Assembly: GCA_010093995.1 (NCBI GenBank)
Contig: ML992506.1
Coordinates: forward strand, 1,567,508 to 1,631,507
From: Elsinoe ampelina
Taxonomy: Eukaryota
Direction of reading: 5' to 3'
Length of the DNA: 64,000 nucleotides
Shown here: positions 52,036 to 61,474 of the stretch, piece after piece
Position numbering within the stretch: position 1 is the stretch's first letter
Layout: every line of letters starts with the position of its first letter
Notes under the pieces: model-generated
The model's input: only the letters and a program-made list of their open reading frames with translations
Database searches by the model: none
What the model was told of the DNA's origin: nothing
Translations under genes and position numbers: made by a program

Positions 52036-55000
52036 ATGACTTCGCGGAGCTGTCTATCAGCTGCCGACGGCGTGTTCGGTCCTAGTGTCGACGGCTGTCG
52101 TGATGGCTTCGACTTCACATTGTCTTTTGAGAGATACCTATTCAACCTGGTCCCGTCAGTCTTATTCATTGTAGCTGCTGTGCCGCGGGTCTGGTATCTG
52201 GCACGCAAGGAACGATGTATCAGTCATTCCCGCAGCGAGTACACCAAGCTGGTGAGTCTCAGCTCTCGGTGACCCGGTGAAGTCATTCACATCTCCGCAG
52301 GCCACAATTATAGCTCTTGGAGTGACACAGCTGGCTCTTCTGGTGCTATGGAGCCGCGACAGAGGACTCACTGCGTGGGAGCAGTCGGTCGCCGCATACA
52401 GCTTGTCACTATTCACCTGCATCGTAATGGTCCCACTATCATATCTGGAGCAAGCACGATCATTACGGCCTTCTGTACTGCTGAATGCTTATTTACTTGT
52501 AACCGTCATCCTTGATGCCGCTGTTGTGCGGACATTATGGTTGCTCGACAGTATACCGAAAAGCATAACGGGCATGCAAACAGCAGCTCTTGCTTGCAAA
52601 ATTGCCATTCTTATCTCGGAAAGTCAACACAAGCGGAATCGTCTGGTGAAGTCTGTTAACGAGAAGAGTCCAGAAGACTTCAGCGGCTTGTACAGCCAGA
52701 GCCTGTTCTGGTGGTTGAATCGCATCATGTGGCAGGGTGCAAAGATGGTGTTGAGCCCAACTGACCTCTACCCCATTAGCAGTGATATTGCAGCCAAGCA
52801 GCTGAGTGACAGATTCGAGGAATACGCGGTGACTGTAGCTGCCAAAGGCCGGCAAATCCACCTGATATCTGCTATTATCAGTCTTCTGAGATGGCCCATT
52901 GTCCTTGCAGTCTTACCACGCATCGCCCTTCTAGGCCTCACTCTCTGTCAGCCACTACTCTTGCGACGACTCTTGAGCTACTTGCAGGCTGGAGCGCTCA
53001 ACAGAGATGCCAACACAGGGTATGGTTTGATCGGTGCCTACGGCGTTGTCTATGTTGGGATCGCTGTGAGTAAAGACTTCCACAAACAAGACCAGCGGAG
53101 CTGACATGAATGGCAAGCTTGTATCCGCTCTATACTGGCACCGTCAATTCCGGTTTCTTACCATGATGCGCGGCATCTTGACAACTGCCATCTACAAGAA
53201 GGCCCTTGACTTGGACATCAACGCTGAAGATCGAGCGGCTTCCGTCACACTCATGAGTACTGACGTCCAGAGGATCATCAGAGGTTTTTTGGACATCCAC
53301 GACATGTGGGCGAACATTATTCAAGTCGGCGTTGCATCGTACTTGATCGAGACCCAGTTAGGCACTGCCTTCGTCGGGCCTCTTGCTGTTGCCATCGGTA
53401 AGTGCCATCCATTATCATGTATGACCAGCGTCTGATCGATGAAGTCGCTGTTGGAGCATCCCTTGTTTTGGCAAGGTTTGTCACTTTCTTCCAAATGCAA
53501 TGGATCGGAAAGATTCAAGAAAGGATCAGTAAGGTCAACTTTCGACGAACACAGACAGTTATTGACCCTTTCACAGCCTTCATTACATCAGCTCTGGGAT
53601 CCATGAAATCGATCAAGATCGGCGGCCTGGAAAACATCGTCACACAGCTCCTGCACAACGCTCGGAAAGCTGAATTGGATGCGGCGGGCAAGTTCCGGCT
53701 CCTCTCCGCTGTGGCAGTATGCATTGGTATGCAAATTCGAAGAACAAGACCTGTGCACAGCAGAACTGACGTTGAAAAGCCCAGATGCCCATGCTCTTGT
53801 CGCCGGTCATTACATTCGCCATCTATCTTGGCCTGCCAGAATCTCGCGATACCGGAGCAGATGTCGTCAAGTTGTTCACCTCTTTATCTCTTATCGTGCT
53901 CATGGCTGAACCCCTCTTTGGCCTCCTCGAGAGCGTCATGGATATTGTCTCGGCCTTTGCTTGCATTGCCAGGATTGAGACTTTCCTTCAAAAAACATCC
54001 AGGCATGGCTTTGGCTCTCCAGTGATGAATTCGCTGGGTGATCGTAAGTATGCACCAGTCGATGAAAGCCAAGTGATCGATGTTCGGAATGCTACATTCA
54101 CCTGGGAAGGTAGTTCATCGCCCACCCTACACAACATCACAGCCTCTATCCCATCCCGGGATCTGACAATGGTTGTTGGTCCCGTTGCAAGCGGCAAGAG
54201 CACATTGCTCAAGGCTTTCTTAGGCGAGGTGAGGAAGACAACAGGTGAGATGACTGTTCACGCATCAGGCCTGTCGTGGTGTGAACAGACACCGTGGCTG
54301 CAGGTGAGTCAGTGTCCCCTCACAAGAAACAGTCGCTGATATTACAGAACCAAAGCATCAAGTCAAACATTTGTACCTTTGCAGACTTCGACAGCGAATG
54401 GTATCACGCCGTGGTCAATGCTTGTGACCTGCAGCGTGACTTCGACGGCTTGACGAATGGCGATGAAACCATGATTGGCAGCAAAGGTACGGCACTCAGC
54501 GGTGGTCAGAAGCAGCGAATAGTACGTCAATTCCTTCAAGTCGGCGAGACTTGGGGCGGTAACAGCTGACCGTGTAAGGCACTTGCACGAGCGGTGTACG
54601 CAAGACGACAGCTTAACATACTCGATGACGTCCTGAGCCAACTAGATGCAGCCACACAAAAGCTCGTGTTCAGTCGTCTGCTTTCCGAGGGCGGTCTTCT
54701 GCGTCGCGGTGATACTTCCGTCATTCTTGCCACGCATGCTGGTCAGTCCAACGGGATGGTATGATCGCCATTCACTAACGGGAGCAGTGCATTTATTGCC
54801 GAACGCCGATCATGTCATCGTGCTATCGAGTTCCGGTACCGTCCTTGGCCAAGGGACCTATACCAATCTACAACAGGCTGGGATCTTGGATCACTCTGAC
54901 TTCCATAACAGTGCGCCTTCTCCAGACGGCATTGACTCAACGAATTCAGTGACAAAGGACACACCTGCAAGCACGGATGCCGTGAAGGCACCTGACTCCG

Positions 55001-57031
55001 CCCAGAAGATCACTTCAGACCAACGGCGACTGACTGGAGACATGTCGATCTACAAGTACTACTTCAGCAAACTGGACAACAGCATAGTCATCATCTTCCT
55101 GATCCTCCAGATTGCCTACGCTTTCTTTTCAACGTTCCCATGTAGGTCAACTTAAGGGTATAGGCCCTGAACGACGTATTGACTTCAACGCAGACATCTG
55201 GTTGAAATGGTGGACCGATACCAACCAGCAGCAGGAAGCGAGAAACAGCAACTTCTACATCGGCATCTATGCAGCACTTCAAATGGCCGGACTTCTGTTC
55301 GCAGGAGCAACCACAATTTGGTCCTTCAATGTCATGGCCGTCTCAACAGGCACTGCACTACATGACATTCTTGCGAAGACAGTGATGTCGTACGTTTCAC
55401 CTCTGCCATACATTGAATCTTCTGACCATAGTAGTGCCTCATTTCCAGTCCTTGGTCGTATTGACACTGGAGCCATCTTGACACGATTCAGTCAAGATAT
55501 TCAGCTTATCGACATAAGCTTGCCACTAGCTCTGCAAGTTGTCGTCGGAAGTCAGTACAGCTTCAGCGTTCCATGATGCAGTACTAAAGAACGTAGATAC
55601 ACTCATCTGCCTTGGTCAAATGGGCTTGATTGCATCAGCCTCCGCCTATATCGCTATCTGCTACCCTCCTCTTTTCATCATCTTCTACTATGTGCAGAAG
55701 TACTATTTACGTACATCACGCCAGATGCGGCTTCTAGACCTCGAAGAGAAAGCTCCAATCTAGTAGGATTCGTATTCCATGTCACATACACTACTGACGG
55801 TACCGTAGCACTCAATTCACAGAGACTATTGAGGGGCTGGCGACAATCCGAGCATTTAACGGGAATGTGGCTGCTATTCAGAAAAACCATGAGCTGGTTG
55901 ATAAGGCACAGAAACCCTTCTACCTGATGTATGCCATCCAGCGCTGGCTAGCGTTGGTACTGGATTTGATCGTTGCGGCACTCGCCGTAATCATCGTCGG
56001 CGTAGCCGTGGGACTGCGGGATGCAGCTTCACCGGGTTTGACCGGAGTCTCTCTGACACAAATCATCTCCTTCACTTCTGCGCTGAAGCTGTTGATCATG
56101 TTTTGGACGCAGCTGGAGACCTCTATCGGAGCAGTGACTAGGGTCCGAGAGTTCGAAGCAGACACACCCACGGAGCATAAGGCTGATGAAATGGCTGAGC
56201 CGCCTGAGACCTGGCCCGAGAAAGGCACGTTGGAGATGCAAGGTATTCGTGCCCAGTACAAGTAAGGCTCATCCCATCATGCGACGCAGCGAGTTTCTGA
56301 CGACAACAGGGCTGGATCACAGGATTGGGCGCTACAAGACATCGATATCTCTATTGAGCAAGGTCAAAAGGTCGCCTTGTGTGGAAGGACAGGTAGTGGT
56401 AAAAGCACCATGGCGCTGACATGGTCACGACTTCTCGATGAAGCGGATGGCAGTATTTACATCGACGGACTGGATCTATCGACCATCAATCGCACTGTCC
56501 TACGATCTCGTCTGACATACATCGCTGACGATCCCTTCATCCTCCCTGGATCGGTTCGAGACAACATTGACATCTTCCAAGTTGCTGAGGACGAGACCAT
56601 TACCTTGACGCTCAAGAAGACGTTGTTACTGGACGTTGTAACAAGCGCCGGAGGACTGGATGCACCAATGTCGTCTCTGATCCTGAGTCAAGGACAGAAG
56701 CAGCTCTTGAACTTCTCAAGAGCTCTGCTAAAGAAGAACGGGAAGCTTATCCTCCTTGACGAGGCTACGAGCAGGTATAATGATCCTATCTCTCACGACT
56801 TCGTTCGCTGACTGCGAAAGTGTTGATCAAGAAACCGACAAGATCATTCAGAAGCTGATCCGGACGGAGTTCAAAGACCATACAGTCATTGCCATTGCTC
56901 ATCGCCTTGATACGATCCTCGACTTCGACTTTGTAGGAGTCATGGACAGTGGGCGGCTTGTCGAGTATGGAAAGCCTTCGGATCTGCTGCAACAACAGTC
57001 ACGATTTCGGGCACTGCGTGATTCCGCATAG
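52036..57031 (+). CDS. ABCC/MRP-type ABC transporter (TMD0-TMD1-NBD1-TMD2-NBD2), 14 introns
   Basis: N-terminal FGP...CRDGFDFTLSFE; NBD1 GPVASGKS, LSGGQKQR, ILDD; NBD2 GRTGSGKS, LSQGQKQ, LLDEATS, IAHRL. Introns traced by hand at 52252, 53066, 53398, 53529, 53727, 54304, 54522, 54742, 55142, 55390, 55551, 55763, 56262 and 56775 give a continuous frame. Confidence 0.93.
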
Positions 57032-57201
57032 ACGTGCACAGACAAAGGATGGCTGCAGGAGGAGGCATCAGCTTACTTTCCATGTACCACGTCGCCCAAA
57101 TTCGTTTGGAAGCATATCAGGCATCTCCTAGCACGTCGACTTGAAGGACCAGAGCTTCTAGTGTACTGTCGTTCTACAATTCCCCATCTCATTCCCTATT
57201 C

Positions 57202-58142
57202 ATGGCAGAAGTCGAAACGATCAGGGCGGGAGCCTCCAAGGAGGATTACATCCGACAACCTTCGGGTTGGAAAACCACTGATCCAGTGCCTCTCACTCGT
57301 CAATCTTTCCTAGACCTGTTGGCTGGCCATACACCTTTGATCAAGATCCCCAACTTCATATCGTCCGAACAGAGCACTGCTCTGTTCAACCACCTCTCCC
57401 CAGCTTTCACTCCCTACATCCATGCTACAGGTCCTGCAGTGGAGAAGGTTGGCATAGCACAATTCGAGTTCCAAGCCCAATCACAATCCGACTTTCATTC
57501 TCGAACAGGCGACGGTATGGCCCCCTCAAACACTCCATTCTTCATCGCTGATTCGTTCAAGAAAAGCACCGCTACTTCACCGCCGCCTCGCAGCTCCAAT
57601 CTCTCCACTCGTCTCTCACTGCCGTGACTGACACTAACCTCCTTGACAAATTCCTTTCCACTGTCCGCTCCCTCGTCCCCGAATGGGACGTCGATATCGC
57701 CACCGAGCCCGACGGCAGACGCTACTTCGCCGGTATCTTCCGCAAAATCAACGGCGGCACACCCATCCACTGCGACTGGTGCCCCTACGACTGTTTGACC
57801 GAAGACTGGATCCTGAGCAAAGTGACATGTCAAGCGGTCTTCAACCTCTACCTGTCCGAGACTGATGGTGGGGAGACGACGGTGTATGATACGCAATGGA
57901 CCGAGGAGGCTTTGAGGTTCAGGGATGAGGAGACGTATGGGTATGGCAGTGGCCTTGTGGAGGGGAGGCAGAAGGTGACGTTTAAGCCGAGGAAAGGGGA
58001 GTTGTGGTTGTTTAATTCGAGGAATATGCATGAGGTTGCGCCGGTCAAGGGAGAAGGGATGAGGGTGGCGATGGCGAGTTTTATGGGGTTGTTGCCGGCT
58101 GAGGTCACTGGTGGGAGGCCGAGGTTGATGTTTTGGTCGTGA
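57202..58142 (+). CDS. Fe(II)/2-oxoglutarate-dependent dioxygenase (proline-hydroxylase-like); intron 57515-57561
   Basis: HxD motif (PIHCDW), DGGET, distal His in FNSRNMHEV, and a downstream Arg (MRVAMAS). Substrate unknown. Confidence 0.8.
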
Positions 58143-58245
58143 GGGAGTCTGGTGATCGTTGGCCGTAGTCGAATGCAATGATTGTGGTCCCTACGTCCAG
58201 CTCATGAGTGGCTTGAGTAGCCATATTGCTCGGTGTTGTGTTCAT

Positions 58246-59163
58246 TCATGATAGAAAGAGCGTCTCGTAGTGCCGCTGACAGTACTCTGCCAATGAGCCA
58301 GCGACCATGGTCCCTCCAACCAACCAGAAGTTCGTGTAGAACCACCAAGCACAACTCTCCGGCTTCTTCAGATCCACCAAAACCACCATAGCCGCCAGAG
58401 TCACCGCCGTCCCAGAGCACCCGATCAGGTGATACGCCCACCCAAAACCCCCAATCACACCAACCCTCACCAAACACCCAACCTGCACCGCCCCGAGCAC
58501 TGTACACAACGTCTTCGTCTCCCCCCTAAACCTAACAGCCATACTCTTCACCCCAGCCTTGACATCATCCTCCAAATCCTGATGCGCATAAACCGTATCA
58601 TAAATCATCGTCCAAACCACATTCGCCCCACAAAGACACCCGGTCGCCCACCCCCTCCCTTCAGCAAACGGATCCACCCCCACCGCATAACAAGCAGACA
58701 CAATCCCCCCAGCAAACGGAAACCCCAGAATAACCTGCGGGTAATGCGTAAACCTCTTCCCGAACGGATACACCATGAACAGCAAATACACCCCCACCAC
58801 AACCCCCCTGCACTCCCCCGGCCACAACCCCATCATCCCCCACCCCATCCCCGCGAGCACGACCGTGACCCCGTGTCCCTCGAGCGACGTCACCGCCCCT
58901 CTCGCGATGGGCCTGTTCTTGCACCGCGCGACCTGCCGGTCGAAGTCTTGATCGACGTTATCGTTCCAGGCGCAGGTGGAGCCGCGGAGGAGGACGCAGA
59001 AGGGGAGGAAGAGGAGGGCGGTGCGCAGGAGGAGGGAGGGGGGGAGGAGGGTAGCCGAGGTGGAGGCGGCGAAGGCGAGGCCGATGAGGTGGGGGAGGTA
59101 GAAGGCGTAGAGGCCTGAGGGGCGGTCGAGGCGGATGAGTTGGAGGTAGGGGTGGAGGGGCAT
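58246..59163 (-). CDS. UbiA-family aromatic polyprenyltransferase (COQ2/meroterpenoid-PT-like)
   Basis: PYLQLIRLDRP, the first Asp-rich motif WNDNVDQDFDRQVARCKNRPIARG, YPFGKR, the second motif YDTVYAHQDLEDD, and multiple transmembrane helices. No N-terminal presequence. Confidence 0.93.
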   Translation of the reverse strand: MPLHPYLQLIRLDRPSGLYAFYLPHLIGLAFAASTSATLLPPSLLLRTALLFLPFCVLLRGSTCAWNDNVDQDFDRQVARCKNRPIARGAVTSLEGHGVTVVLAGMGWGMMGLWPGECRGVVVGVYLLFMVYPFGKRFTHYPQVILGFPFAGGIVSACYAVGVDPFAEGRGWATGCLCGANVVWTMIYDTVYAHQDLEDDVKAGVKSMAVRFRGETKTLCTVLGAVQVGCLVRVGVIGGFGWAYHLIGCSGTAVTLAAMVVLVDLKKPESCAWWFYTNFWLVGGTMVAGSLAEYCQRHYETLFLS

Positions 59164-59818
59164 GGTGGGTGGAGTGGGAGAGGGGTCGATGGGGTGGTGA
59201 AGGCGTTGGTTGTGAGGGGGTTGATTGATGGTGGGTTGTAGTTGCAAGTTGGTAAGATGGAGGAGAGGATGAGATGTACGGGAGCTGTCGAGCTGGGGTG
59301 ATGTTTGAGTAGGTAAAAATTGGGTTACCGAGGGTTGTGCAGTCTGTCTTCGCCAAGGGTCGGCGGAATGGATCTCTGCAGGGCTGTTAGTACACCTTCA
59401 GTCTATGATCAGATCTGAGAGTTCCTTTGTACCTCTTATCGTGTATCGGTATTCGGGACTGCAGCTTCTTGGCAGTACAGCAGGAGATCGGTCCTATTCC
59501 AGCGTCCTACTTAACAAAGTCCTACTAGTCCATTGTGTCGTTCCGAGGAATGGTCTAACAGTCATTGTAGCTAATTAGCTAGTCTGATGATTATATTTGT
59601 TGCACAACATAAGGTAGGGTCACAATTGAAAGCCCAATGGAAAGGATGACCTCCTAGCAGATGGAACTATAGTGCTGTAGCTGCTCGAGCAAAGAGAATA
59701 TAAGCTGAGATCAGGAGTGAAAGGGTCAGCTTACCTGGCAGTACTTACCGGATCATGCAGATGTGGAGGTTCACCCGAGCGAGTAAAGTGTCACTGGAAA
59801 AAGCTATGGAACCTCAGC

Positions 59819-61230
59819 ATGGCTACTGACATGTCCATGGAGACCCTTGTTGGTGAAATCAGACGCACTTTGGATGCTGTATCTGGTCTGTGCATATCCG
59901 AATGCGAGCAAGGACATCGCAAGGAAGCTCTCGAATTAGCAAGGACGCTCTCAAGGAAGCTCGAGGAACCACGAGAGACTGCATTTCGTCATGCCTTTGA
60001 GGTAAGGTGCCCGCCACACAGCGTTTGCGTGGTATTGATACTCCCTAGTCGCACAATCGAAGTCTCTGTCTTCGACTGGCGGTTGATCTGAGGCTGTTCC
60101 ACACGCTGAGTCGACTGGGAATCGCAACGGGTCAAGAGCTGGCTAAAGAATGTGATGCCGAAGAGCGACTGGTTGGTAGGTGCTCTTGGGTTCCGACTAT
60201 TGCGCACTCTCTCATTGGATGACCTAGTCCGCATTATGCGAATGCTCTCCGCGGAGGGATATTCCGAGGAGATCGCCGAGTGGACGTGGTCACCGACAGA
60301 TTTGACGACAACTATGACCAACGCCTCTCTAGAGGCGTGTGTCGTTCACAGGTAATGTCCCCTGATAGATAAGGCACATTTCGGGAGCAGCGTTGATTCC
60401 GCAGCTTCGATATAACGGCTAGGGTACAATCCCATCTACCGGAATACTTCCAACAAGTCGGCTACCAGAGTCCGACATCCCACAGGGATGGTCCGTTCCA
60501 GTACGGTATGCAAACCGATTTGAGCTTCTTCGACTTCCTGCATGCTCACCCCGAGAGAGCATTGACCTTCGATGCCTATATGACAGGCAACAGAAGTACA
60601 CGCAAGCATTGGCTAGAATGGTTTCCGTTCCGTGAAGAAGTTCTGGATCCATGGATACAGAGGACAAGACATGATGACGATAGCGTGCTCCTTGTGGATA
60701 TGGCCGGAGGTAGGGGTCGCGATGTCACCCTGCTGACGCAACGATTCCCAGAGGCAAGAAGCCACGTCGTTCTCCAAGACCTGGCAGGTACTCTGCAGGA
60801 CTTACGGATGGATCGAGATAAAATCAGCGTTTGTGCTCATGACATTTTCGCTCCGCAGCCAATTACAGGTTCGTGGAGAAGGGCCGAGTCTTGCGCTTAC
60901 GGGCTAATGCTAATGATAGGTGCTGAAATCTACTATACCCACTTCGTCCTGCACGATTTCTCGGATGAACGTTGCGTGATTATGCTCAACCATGTCAAGG
61001 CTGTAATGCGACCACATTCAAGGATTCTCCTCAATGAGATCGTATTACCTGAACAGGGTTGTCCCTCCTTCTTCGCGGCTGCCGACATCACCATGATGAC
61101 CAACCTGTCAGCATTGGCAAGGTCCGAGAAGCAGTGGAGACATTTGATTGAATCTGTTGGGTTGGAAGTGGTCCGGATATGGAAATCGCCAGATGCCGAG
61201 GATTGGGAGGCAGTGATTGAAGTAAAATAG
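59819..61230 (+). CDS. SAM-dependent O-methyltransferase (Methyltransf_2); introns 60002-60048, 60176-60227, 60352-60404, 60869-60919
   Basis: N-terminal dimerisation/HTH region (LRLAVDLRLF), GPFQYG, VDMAGGRGRD, VLQDL, HDIFAPQP, catalytic LHDF and RSEKQW. Confidence 0.92.
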
Positions 61231-61474
61231 AGCCTGCGAGCAATGAACTGAACAGAACAGCATTAGGTTAGCGTACGCTGGGAGACGTGTTTCGATCCAA
61301 ATGGCACTTGATGACTCCGATAAGCCTAAGTTGTAGTCATGACCACACTGTATAAGGACTGGAATGAGAAGACGTCGGAGATCGCATCTTGAAGCCAAGA
61401 CGACCACGCCAAGGCCCCCCGGCGCCACGACAGTGAGGCATAATTGCAACTCAAGCACTCCATTGGTAATCGAC

